Shown here: positions 1-11,539 of the stretch, in pieces
Numbering within the stretch: the first letter of the stretch is position 1
Layout: each line of letters starts with the position of its first letter
Assembly: GCA_050084985.1 (NCBI GenBank)
Contig: JBITNC010000001.1
Coordinates: 140,368,001-140,432,000, forward strand
Source of the DNA: Nageia nagi
Taxonomy: Eukaryota > Plantae > Pinophyta
Direction: 5' to 3'
Length of the DNA: 64,000 bases
Made by a program: the position numbers and the translations under genes
Notes under the pieces: model-generated
What the model saw: the letters and a program-made list of their open reading frames with translations, nothing else
Told to the model about the DNA's origin: nothing
The model's database searches: none

Positions 1-499
1 AAGCTCCTGTGCATTGTTTTACATTATTTATCGTACCAAAAATTCAATGGACAACAACCATGGGAGAAAACTCATTTTGAGTGGCAAGCATCATTACAGT
101 TACTAAAAGATAAGTTCATTGACATACTTTGAAGAAGCAAAAATTGTTGCCCGTCACAGAAGATAGGTTAGAAGACCAAATATTATTTAAGGGTTATGTT
201 GTGACTAAAACACATGTCCCAAAATCCTGCAATTTTGAGGACCATCAATGCATCATGTATATACTTCGTTTTGTCGTCGTCTTGTCCACCCAAACTGTGT
301 CACAAAGACCCGGATTCGTGGATAACTCTTCTTAGTTCAAGCCTTATTCTTCGTCTAGGATTAGTCATGTCAAGTTAGAAATTTCAAAATCCTCAAAAAT
401 GGCTAAGTCTGGGAAGGATAAAAGTCGATCTTAGGTGAACTAGGGAGTCTAAGAAGAGTCGAGGCCAGATCAAAGCAAACTGGGCATCTCTAAGGGCTG

Positions 500-1456
500 G
501 CGCATGATTTAAAAAGACAATTTTGTCTTTTCAAACCATGCGACCAAGCTTGGAGACCATCCAGATAGGAAGAGAGGCTCAAAGACGGAATCTAGGTACT
601 TGCCCGTCCAGCGCATGCCTCCAGGAAACAAAATTTTGTCTTTTCCGAGCATGCGCCAAACACAAGAAGCAGATTGGAGCAAAGTGAAGCATGGAAAATC
701 TAAGGCAAAGGCACAAGGCTAGCGCATGCTTCAAAAAGACAATCTTATCTTTTTGAACCATGCGACTTGGCCAGGAGGATGAGTTGAACAAGTTGGAAGG
801 TCGGAGAGTGAACCATAGGCTCCCAGGAGGCTAGCGCATTCCTCAAAAAGACAAAATCTTGTCTTTTTGAACTATGTGCCAATCCTAGAAGGGCTTCTAG
901 TTCGAGCGAAGGTGAAAATTTTGACAAGTCATGCACCCAAAAAACTCAAGACCAGCTCAAGCATACCCAGAGGAGCTAGCACATGATCTCAAAAGACAAG
1001 TTCTTGAATTTTTGAGGCATGCGCCAAGCCCAGAAAGTCTCCAAAATCCGAGAAAGACAAAAATTTGGCTAAGTCATGAGCACTTAAGAATCAAATTCCG
1101 GAAATTAAGCCATCTGGAGGCTAGTGCATGCTTCAAAAAGACAAAATCTTGTCTTTTTGAACCATGCGACCAGGCTGGATGGATAGGCAAGGCTAGCACA
1201 TGCCTCAAAAAGTCACAAACTTGACTTTTGGAAGCATGCACCAAGCTCACAGATTTCCCAGGTTGAGATGAAGGATCAAAATTGATAAGTCCAGCCGACA
1301 GAGAGACTAAAAATCAGGAGAAATCAAGTTACTGGGTGAGTTTCATGATCAAGGCAAGCAAGCATATAGGCAAGAGACCCAACGTTGGAGGCATATTCAT
1401 CCCTAGGGTTGGTGCATGGTTCAAAAAGTCATAATTTTGTCTTTTTTTTCATGCGC
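500..1456. repeat. Array of 8 interspaced 46-bp palindromes (copy A)
   Basis: Consensus GCGCATGC(C/T)TCAAAAAGACAA-AATC-TTGTCTTTTTGAAGCATGCGC. Units start at 500, 611, 722, 834, 979, 1124, 1196, 1412 and are separated by non-repetitive spacers. Confidence 0.92.
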
Positions 1457-1611
1457 CAAGCCAAATTGACCTTCAAAACCCAAACGTTTGGGCACGGGCG
1501 GCTTTGCATGAGTTTTTGGGCTAGCACACATCTTGAGGTCAGCCAGATGGATGATTAACATTGTGTCTATCTGTAATCCTAGCTAACTAGGGCAAGCTAG
1601 AAGCCAAATGG

Positions 1612-1655
1612 GCTATAAATACAAGCCTAGGGACCTCATTTTCTCAAATTCAAAA
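1612..1655 (+). promoter_or_regulatory. TATA-box promoter of the element ORF (copy A)
   Basis: GCTATAAATACAAGC...CTCATTTTCTCAAATTCAAA, conserved in copy B (30356-30398). 229 bp upstream of the ORF ATG. Confidence 0.7.
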
Positions 1656-1842
1656 CTTTCTCCTCTTCTACTTTTGCACCAAGATAGCTGCAAATTGCAG
1701 ATTTTTGTGCTTGAACATCATCATTCGTGCATCCTAGGGCTTGCGCTAGCACTTGGGAGGCTAGCTATCACCACATGGGCATCTTCTCCACCTGGAAACC
1801 CACGCACAACCCTTGAGGAGCAACACTGCAAGCAAGAATACC

Positions 1843-4800
1843 ATGACCTCCTCCAAGGGTAATTCAACCCCTAACTTCACTAGGGATCTCGAACGTTTGA
1901 AACAAGATTGCGTCATCTCCATTTGTGAGAGACAACGAGCCCTTCCCCAAGGGGTCAAATTCTCAAGGAACGGTTTTGCAAACCATCAGAGACACAAATT
2001 GGCAAAACGTTGACCCTATGCAGATGAGGGAGAGCATTCGAGGCCTTCCTACCATTGACCTGAAGCAGGATATCATCTTCTTCTTCAGACTCTCCACTTG
2101 CACATTCGTCCCATTCACAGCCCCATTCCCTGAATTGTGCATGGAAGTTGGTCACTACTGGCAGAAGAGAGAGTCCTTTGAGATATTAGAAGAAACATCA
2201 TTATGGACTTCCGCCCCGAAGCTATCAACGCAGCCTCTCAATGGACTTCCGAGGGTGATTATGAGTATAGCGAGGCTAGGTCACTAGCATGTTACCAGGA
2301 GAGTCCCAGGGCAACCGTCGCTATCAAGAGCTAGATGCTGGAAGAGCATCACGAATTAAAAGGAAACGTGCTCATCAATGCTCCTCGTTCCAACTTTTAC
2401 CTTGTAGTCAAGTTGGTGATCCTCATACTATCCAAAGTTCTCGGGAAAGAAGATGCTTCAAAGTTCAAGAAGGAGCTCTTCACGTTTAGTCTTAAGATTG
2501 CTAAAGGAAGAAAGATCCAATGGAGCAAGCTCTTGAGCAACGCCATAGCTAATCAGTTGTCGTCCATTGGCACCACTCACAAATTCTACCTTAATTCATA
2601 TCTGGTGTACATGTTGCTTCACGGCAAGTATAGAGCTACGACACAGGGTGAGACAGCTTGGATAGAAAGAGGGACCTATTCCATCTGGAAGTGTTACCCC
2701 AAATGGAAATTAGAGAGGAGATGGGATAGTTTCATGATGAAAAACGATGGATGGGAGTACGAAATATACAAGGAGCTTAAGGGAGAGATCACGATTGCCC
2801 AGATCTCCAATTCAACCCAAGACGCTTTGAAGAAGCACGAGGACTTCTTCCTCCATCACCAACACTTCTCTTACATTCGTATACATGGATCAACCATACA
2901 GCCCTATCAGTTGCCAAGGTTCGTGAGTTACAGGATATTGTTAATGGAGATGATGAGGTAATTGGCCTTTCTACATGAACAGGTATGGCAGAAGAAATCA
3001 GCCACATCCAATTTGTCGATTGCCATGGGAGAATATCAATGTAAGTTCTAGACAGATGTGGATACTATGAAAGAAGAGTTGGCCAGATACACCTTTAGGA
3101 AGATGCCGACAACTGACCATTATGACCCGGATCACAGGATGCACTCATTCTTCATGAAAGAAAGAAAAAAACCTTATGAGTATAAATCACTTGTAGACGA
3201 GGAGCCTTTCCGGAATATCAATAATGAGGTAGAAATGAAGAAGTTAAGGGAAAGGGTACAAAAGGATGCCAACAATCAGCAATATCAAGTGGAAGCTACA
3301 ATCAACAAGAGACTCTCGCAGCACAAGAGAAGAAGACCTCAAGAGTCTACTTCCAAGATCACTCAGTTCCCTCCAATAGATGAGATACTAGTTGGACAGT
3401 ATGCGTCCATGCATGGCAAGAATGCAGTCGAGCAAGTTGTACGACAGGTACAAGCCACCATGAATGAGCATGACGTAAGGGAGTTGGAGCGTGTGGCTAT
3501 GGACAAGGTAGTGAGGTGTGTGAGAAATAGACATCAAGATCCCTCTTTGCCACCTAGACCACCTAGAGCCAAAAGAGCAACGCCATCACTCATTGTTCCA
3601 CCATCCACGTCATCAGCTTCCAATTCCTCGTACCAACCTAATGAAAATCAAGAAGAAGGGGAGGTTGAAGAATTAGAAGATAAACACGAAGTGAATGCAG
3701 CCCAAGATGAGTAGATCCCAGATGCACAACAGCATGATGAATCCGTGGAGATATTGGAAGAAATCCGTAAGCCAACAACACCAGAGCCATCCCTAGATAA
3801 AGGTAAGGAGCCAGTGTCGGAGACAGTACAGAAGAGAGCTTGATTGAAGAGAACTCCGCAGTCATGGGCCACTGAAGCTTCAGGTGAACACGATGGGCAA
3901 GGAGAGAGATCCTCCAAGAGACCAAAGAGAAGTACTGTTACAATTCAGGAGGCCGTTGTGGACACTTATCAGCCATCACCCACGAATGAGTGGGGTGTGA
4001 ACATGGAGGAATGTCTTGATGTATTTAACATGAATGTCAGAGAAGAGTTTGAGACGAAAGAGAAGAGTGATCATCATGGAGAAAGCTCCACTCACCCAAG
4101 AAAGACTCAGACATATGTGCACTTAGCTGATAATGCCATACACATCAAGACCATAATAGTTGATAAGGAGAATCCACAACATCCTGAAGACCTCAAGCAA
4201 ATCAACCAAATCATCAACACAGATTTGATTGGTTTGGATGGTCGGAAACATGCAATTATCTCCAACACTGAGGCCATCACCAAGGATGGTATGATGAAAG
4301 ATAAAGAGATGAAAAGCCTCAAGGAGTTAGCTGCACAGAAGAACTTGACTAAAGAGTTAGAATCGGCTAATGCACCCATAAAGGAGCTTCGAAATATTAA
4401 ACCACTCAAGGAGGGTATGATTGCAGTTAAACAAAAGCATATAGATGAGGTCTTGTTAGCAGTACAACAATTTACCATGGCATTAGAGAGGGTGGCATTA
4501 GAAGAGCAAAAACTCAAGGACATCATCGTGGAAAGAATCAATCTTCTCAAGATTTTGGATTCTAGACGGCCTATGATCATGCAGTTTAAGATGACATGGA
4601 ATTAAAGGCCAAAAGATGTGAATTTTTGTGAAGAATTTTGGTTCTATTTGGGTGTGGTTAACCAAATAGCCACCCGATTCCAAGAGGTGCAAAAGGATGT
4701 TCAGAAGCTCAACGACAAGGCAAACACTTGTCTTGAACCAATGGAGTTCCAGGTGAAGTTTCTTGATAATGATTCGTCCATCCGAGACAAAGACCTTGTA

Positions 4801-5064
4801 GTGGCAAAAGTGAGACACTTCCTTCCCAATCTGATCATGACTAAGGATATCAACACCTTCCAAACTGGCAGTCACTTGGAGCATTTGCTCAAAGCTCATG
4901 CATGGGAAAAGGATATGCTCACGATCGTGGAGAAGGTAGAGCTTAGCATAATGAAAAATGGGCCAAAGCTCTCCGAGATGCTGCATGGACTGAAGCTTAA
5001 CGCCAAATTCTTCGATGACGACTTTGAGGGACATGTTGAGGTGTTGGGCCAACCAACCGCCTAG
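1843..5064 (+). pseudogene. Disrupted ~1,070-codon accessory ORF of element A: N-terminal globular domain, acidic/low-complexity linker, coiled-coil-like C-terminus
   Basis: ORF-track pieces 1813-2013, 1925-2287, 2335-2961, 3058-3714, 3844-4605 and 4618-5064 join across stops/frameshifts and align along their length with copy B (e.g. KFYLNSYLVYxLLHGKYR, WKCYPKWKxERRWDSFxMKNDGWEYEIYKELKGEI, FCExxWFYLGVxNQIATRFQEV). Confidence 0.85.
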
Positions 5065-5269
5065 TCATATTATTTGTTTTTATTTTATTTCATAATTATT
5101 GTGGAGACTTTAATTTATTTGTTAATAAATTCTCAAGTTTGTGATGGATGAGGATTTGCTCCCACAAACTTGGATGATATCTTGTAATGCCATGTGGCAC
5201 ATTTTTATTGGACCATGCTTTATTTCTTGGAAATTGCAATTAGGGTTAGGGCAACACTTAGGGTTGCTT

Positions 5270-5310
5270 CAAAAACTATATATAGCCCATTTGGGCTCAT
5301 TTGTAATCAT
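5270..5310 (+). promoter_or_regulatory. Second, LTR-type TATA region of element A
   Basis: AACTATATATAGCCCATTTGGGCTCATTTGTA; copy B has AACTATTTATAGCCCATTCGGGCTCATTTGTA at ~34060. This context is typical of the U3/R junction of plant LTRs. Confidence 0.6.
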
Positions 5311-5487
5311 CAGACATTTTTTGCAAATTGGACTACTTACATAATACTTTCAATCTTGCAAGTTTTCCCTTTTCGCAATTATGATATAATTCCAAGAAAT
5401 TGAAGTGAGCTTGTTTTCATTTGGGACTATGAAAGTGAATGAGTGTTACATTTTTATGCTATCTTGAGTATTTGGGACATTTTATAA

Positions 5488-5827
5488 ACCTTGTTGGTGG
5501 ATAAAAGAATACTTGTGTATCTTTTGAAATATTTCAAGAAGTGTATGACTGTAAAGTTTCATAGTTTGCACATGGGATTAGTGTGTTCTAAGATGACTTG
5601 TGTATGCCGTTTAATATAGGAACTTCACTCCACAATTAAGTTCTACCCACGTGATACCTTGTTGGTGGATAAAAGAATACTGTATATCTTTTGAAATATT
5701 TCAAGAAGTGTCTGACTGTAAAGTTTCATAGTTTGCACATGGGATTAGTGTGTTTTAAGATGACTTGTGTATGTCGTTTAATATAGGAACTTCCCTCCAC
5801 AATTAAGTTCTACCCACGTGATACCTT
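5488..5827 (+). repeat. 168-bp tandem duplication within element A
   Basis: Units start at 5488 and 5656, bounded by ACCTT microhomology (5488, 5656, 5823). Single copy in element B. Confidence 0.9.
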
Positions 5828-7540
5828 TCTTATCCATCACCTTAGCGCCAAGCTCCTCTTGTTGGGACGTTCATGTTGTTGCCTTTCGAGTTGGATTTGG
5901 GATGTGTGGAACCTATGCCAAACCCACACAAGCTCGGTCTTAGAAGGTCATACTAATCGGTGAGAACATTGCCTTAGAGCTTAATTCATATATCACTTTC
6001 TTTTCACAACTCTTTTTCTTTATTTTCTATGTGCGGCTTTCGCAACAAACCTTTTTGTTCCCTTTTTTTGAGAAACAACTATTCCTGGATTGCAGACCCT
6101 TCGAGTCCTTGATTAACAAATTTCATTTGAGTTGGTAACAGCTTCCAACATCTCCACCTTATCACTTGAGTGAACCCTTGCACCCTTTACTTTCAAACCT
6201 TTGAGGTAAAAGTCCTCATAGCAGGTAGGGGTCACGCCCTACCACTCAGGTGTGGGAGTCTTTCTACAAACCTTGTGATCCTATTTACCAATCAGCAAGG
6301 GTAAAAAAGAAAAAGCTCCAAACAGGTTATAGCAAGGTCCACCATAGATTTATAAAAATATTATATAAAATACACATAAAACAACAAACATAGTCAACAT
6401 ACGAAAGAACATAGAAATCATTAAAATGAATAGTTGTGTGAAGAATGTTAGAGGATCCCAAGGGAAATGATTAGAGTATGAGTCATAAAAACATGACAAA
6501 GGGGAATTGGTGAGAGATAAGAAAGTCTTGGATGTGGCGGATCACAAACCCATTTTAGAAGACATAAACAATCACACTTGTGCCCCATTATGATGGAATC
6601 AGACAAATGTAGAGCTAAAAATACAAGGGACTCAATTGACAAACAACTCCCCACGACATCATTATAACATAAAGACTGCATTTTTTGAGTTTTAACATTT
6701 TATAAATATGATTATTAAGTGAACAGTGGGAAACAAGACACAGTTTTGAAGCATTGCAAAGAAGGAACATCAGATCAGAGTTAAATGGATAGACACAAAA
6801 TAGTTTCACTATTCAGATTCTCAACATGCATCCAAAATAGTTTCTGGTCCATTACAAAGAGAATGGGCAGTCAACATTTTTGACTTTTCTCCTAAGCAAT
6901 TCTAAAGTTGCATGGATGTGCCTGAACCAAACTGTTCCTATTCCAACCCACTCTGCACATTGAGACAAAACTGGAACCTTTTGATCATCATGAAACAGTC
7001 AAATTCTAGCAAGTCCATCAAACTGTATAGCACAAACAGAAACAACCATGAAATTATTCAGCGCCATCTTTTACAACAGTATACTGATGTGATCGAGTTG
7101 AGGAAGAGGTGCAGCCCAGCTAGGAGGTTAGAAAGTGCACACATGAGGCAATGTCTAAGGCCACCTCAACATCCTTCCTATGCATTTCCGAAACAAGGTA
7201 ATAGCACAAGCGCAACAACAAGCATCATTGACCTTAGAATCAGACATGAATCACATTCCAATGTTGATTTATGCAGCTTTTTTCATTCCCTATAATACTT
7301 CTAGTTTCCTAAAATTGCAACCATTTGTTGCGATAACAAGACAGAATAGAGAATAATATCATGAAATAGAGAGAGCTTGTGCAATTGTTCGATGCTTCTC
7401 AAATATTTGGTACCAATTAATGTTTCAAAGTGAAAAACATTGTTGTTTGCAAACCGAGGTCCAAGAAATCCAATTATCATTAACGAGGTGCAATATTCGA
7501 TGAAGCTATAACATAAAGCCTATTAATAATGAATAGAAAG

Positions 7541-8475
7541 TGTTAAATATTTTAGCACTAAACAATTATAATCCCAGGTCTTCCTCTTCTGCTTTTATAG
7601 TAGTTATAAAAGGTATACAAGTATACAACAGAATCAACACTTTACTTCCATTGAAGAACAAGAATTACAAAAGTATACTCTCAAAAATACAAATCGAGAT
7701 CTTTCAGCATTGCAATGTAAATGAGAATATAACATTGCACAAAACTCCCACGAATCTACAATAGCAATGGACTTGATTTTACTCTCCAGAGCATCAACAC
7801 ACTTGGTCTCAACTCAACAACCACATCCAACACACCCACTATCACTTAGCCACACCAATAAACAGTTTCCTTACAAGACTCTAAACTTACACTAGCAGTC
7901 AAGAGGCTACTTGCTTACCTAAGTAGGCATTTAATTCTTGTTTGCTTGCCCTCCATGCCCATAGAGCAACTCTATTTAGAAGCTCAATTAGGTATCTAAA
8001 GATTTTCTAATAATGTGGATATCTTCTAAAAAATCTTCACTTATATAAAAATTTATTTCCTCACCTTTTAAAATATCCATAATATTTGACTTTCCTTTCA
8101 CCATCTTTTACCACATCACCACCATATCTTGTCTTTTATTACAAGACACCTTTTTATAAAAATTTAACCATATCTTGTCTTTTTTCAAGACAACATTTTC
8201 TAAAGTAATTTTAAAAATATCTCTAGCTTTTATCATAACATGGCTTTTACTTTTACTATTCACCATCTACTATTCAGCAGCGATTATTCAAGAGTTACTA
8301 TTCATTTTTTACTATTTACCATCTCATTTTTACCTTTACTTTTACTGTCATTTAGATAGCACCAACCTATAGTCCCTATATTACATTTGTAATGTACAAT
8401 GCGCATCAATGATTATTCTATCATTATCGTAACATTCTACCTATGCCATTATGCCTTTGCAAATTAACCCCTACA
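7541..8475 (-). mobile_element. Degenerate solo-LTR-like remnant related to 43544-44685
   Basis: Reverse-complement similarity to the 43.5-44.7 kb LTR (TATA block CTCTATTTAG...GGTATCTA..GATTTTCTA; terminal TGTTAAATATTTTAGCAC). No convincing TSD, right boundary uncertain. Confidence 0.5.
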
Positions 8476-9382
8476 CCATTACTATAGCTCCTTTGTGAGC
8501 ATCATAACTTGTGCAACTCATTATAATCTTCGTACTATCATTGTATATCGTCCATACTAGATATCCAAATATAATGCAAAGTTGCAGGATAATTTTAGTG
8601 AATTTAGATACTGAAGAATGATTTTCTCTTTGTTGATTAGAGTGATTAATTGATGAAGGTATCCAAAAATGTATTAATGTCATTTTAAAAATAAAACTTG
8701 GAGTTATTTTATAAAAGCATCTTTTTAATATTTCTATTTCAAGATGTATATATCTACTAACTTTTATATTAAGATTATGCTTAACTATAAATCTTTGATC
8801 ATTTCAGATTTGGATATTGAATTGGGATAAGCCAGTCATACCGAATAACCTCTCAATGAGACAATTTTTGTTCCAATGTCAAATTTGGTGCAAGGCTGTT
8901 GCAGATCATCAAAAAAGATCAAGATCGTCATAAAGGAAGTCACTGTCAAAAGTGATTAAAGTCATTTCTATAATCAGCAGAATGTAGGCAATCAATATCT
9001 TCATTAGTTGTACACACATGGTCAAAAGATCTTCACACAAGACGCAAAAGGCCAATCTCAGGATACTCTTAACATCCGAATTTATTGCCTTCAGCTTGCA
9101 AACCTAGGGTGCTCTCCAAGGCACAAGCTATCTATCGATAGGCTTCCCAAACCATATCAGTCCAACTAAGTTCTTCATCCCAATTTTGTATATTTCAGAA
9201 AATGCCTAATTTGTCTTCTTGCTTATCATTATAGCTATTTGTTTGCCATCTGTCCATTATATTTGTTGTCTATTTTTCATTCATGTAGCAACATTGTTTT
9301 TAAATTTCATGTTACAATGACAATAGGCAAAAGCAATGGGATGTCATGATAGATGAGAGGAACAAAATTCTCATCAATATTT

Positions 9383-11400
9383 TGTAATATCCCTAAAATT
9401 ATCCAGCTTTGTAGATAATTGAATTTGTATGTAAGTGTGGCAAATAGGAGTCTAAGAGGGATGTCCAACCCTTGGGCATCATTTGATGTGTTTTGTCATA
9501 AATATGGGAGTTATATGGGTTAATTAGTGTTTTTTGACAAGTTTATATGTTGGTATATGGGTTAGTAGAGTTAGTTATGGTGTTAGAAGGGTTTTTGTGG
9601 CAAAAACAAAACCATATAATTATTTTTGGCTAATTTTTGCTAAATAGGTATTAATAAGGGTCTTAGTGATGTCTTCATAGGTATTCTAAAATAAAGTTAA
9701 TTTTATTTGTGGGTCCCAGCATCACTTAAGTTATCTCACGAGATTATATCACAGCCCTTAGATCTCAAGTGAGTGAGATCTAATATCTCAACAAAAGATT
9801 ATATCACAACCCTTAAATCTTTAGTGAGAGATATAATCTCAACCATCCATGCTAAAATCAAGGATTGAGATCTATTCTCTTATTAGGTTGTGATTATAAA
9901 GGAAGAATAGGGTTTCATTTGAGCTAGCTTGGAATTGTGATTGAGGAATTGAGGAATATTGTTGTATTCTTGGCTCTTAGAGATTGTTGGTGATTTTTCT
10001 AGGAAATTTGGGGTTCCCTTTGGATTTATCCATTGGAGGCTAGACCAGTTAGTTATCTACCCAGTTTTACTGACAAAACCATTCAGGGTTTGTGTTTGGG
10101 CTGATTTGTTAAAGAAGCGAACCACATTTATCAGATCTACCACTGGTAGCAAAGTTTGCAATGTACCTTTCTAGGGTTTATCCAAATTAGCATTCAATCC
10201 GACTTATCCATGAATTAGGGCATCAATGAACATGCTCAATAACCATCCAAAACATGCGCTCAAATTGGAATGTAACAGCAATAGCTAAAGCTCATAGAAT
10301 ATGCAATCATGACCAAAACTAGGGCACAAATCAGATCTATAATATTATAGAAATATAGCTCCAAAACTACTCAATTCGCATACATTCTCATGTATAAAGA
10401 AGATAGATGTATAGCAGATATATATAGAAACATTCATTCACATTCGAGATGCAATATGAGCACCAATATTATCAATAATGAACCAAGAATAAGTATAGAG
10501 CTGGAAAAAGCCTGTAAGAAGTTCTAGGGCAAAGCCCAAGACTCTGAAATGCTCAAACTAGACTTCTCAAGGTTGGCGCATGTCCCAAGGAGGTTCCCAA
10601 GCTAGGTGCAAGCTGTCCAAGAGATGTAGAAGTGTAGATGAGCCACTTCTAGGCTAGGGAGCCGCCCTAAGCCCTAGAAGGTAGAGAAGGGAAGCATCCC
10701 TAAGCTCTGAATGATTGCACAAGATGATGTCTTCAAATGACCTAATGCCTTATAGCATTCCAAACTTGTCAATATGTCTTCCCAGGATGGCCAACCAAGG
10801 AGGGAGTAATAATAAAATATTAAATGTCTTAAAACCCTCTTCATCATGGCCGACTTGGACATGGGGCACTATAACATTAAATAGCCCTCTTTATTGTCTT
10901 TAGATAAATATATAATTCGCCCTTTTTGAGCATGGCCCTTAAGGCATAAATATGGACATGATAAATACACACTTTATCAAATAAATCATTCTAATCTAAG
11001 TGTTAAGAGTCACAATGAATATGCATGAGGGGAGATCTCTAGATGTCTCAAATTGGGGACATTACAAAGTCGGAGCAGCATTGTGAAGGGTTTTTGCCCT
11101 AGTTTCTATTCCAAAGTGTGACGTCTAGCCCTAGAAGGGTTCATATGCTGATCTAAAGAGTTTACGCTCACTTGGAAGTCTAGCGTTCCTCTTTTGGGTG
11201 ATTGGAGGATATTCTGTAGCATCATAGACTGAGATCTGATCCTCATTATCAGACATCCAGCCTAGGAGAGGCTAGTTTTGTGGTTTTGAGGGGACTTTGT
11301 GGCATACACTTATTGGTATTTCTCTTGTCTACAGTTATTAATTTGTTGTACCTGAAATAAGGGTTTCTGAGTTGGAAAACAAATAGAAAATCAGAGTACT
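9383..11400 (+). mobile_element. Truncated gypsy-type LTR remnant, interrupted by the solo LTR at 10157
   Basis: Begins TGTAATATCCC (a typical gypsy LTR start), TATA-like ATTATAAA at ~9893, internal ~60-bp repeats 9740-9850. 3' end not identified. Confidence 0.5.
10157..11066 (-). mobile_element. Solo LTR, same family as 36129-37188
   Basis: TG...CA ends, TSD AAGTT/AAGTC, reverse-complement match to 36129-37188 along its length. Confidence 0.88.
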
Positions 11401-11539
11401 GTTCTGCTGATCTTCTGTCATTTGGTGTGCATTTGGAATTAAGGTGTATGTGTTGAAAAGAAAAATAAAAAACAGAGTTTGTTTTGCTATTTTCTTGTAA
11501 TTTTTGGTATATTTGTATTTGGTATATTTCATTTTTTGT

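Larger units (their letters stand above)
197..6324 (+). mobile_element. ~6.1-kb protein-coding LTR-like element (probable giant solo LTR), copy A
   Basis: Starts TGTTG (197), ends ...CCAAACA (6324), perfect 5-bp TSD GGTTA (192-196 / 6325-6329). Colinear end to end with 28950-34952. No internal direct terminal repeats, no adjacent PBS/PPT, no RT/integrase motifs. Confidence 0.85.

Noticed and set aside
579-1224. Short ORFs over the palindrome arrays (also 29116-30559)
   Set aside because: By-products of the repeated palindrome (recurrent HA..KRQ..VF..HA text on both strands). Frames are not conserved between copies.
500-1456. CRISPR array interpretation of the interspaced palindromes
   Set aside because: Eukaryotic TE context, no cas genes, spacer lengths range from ~26 to ~170 bp, and spacers are positionally homologous between copies A and B rather than independently acquired.
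4107-5052. Long minus-strand ORFs (157 and 184 aa)
   Set aside because: Antisense shadows of the conserved plus-strand ORF with no independent conservation.
6912-7295. 127-aa plus-strand ORF
   Set aside because: No recognisable motif or splice context. Treated as chance intronic ORF.
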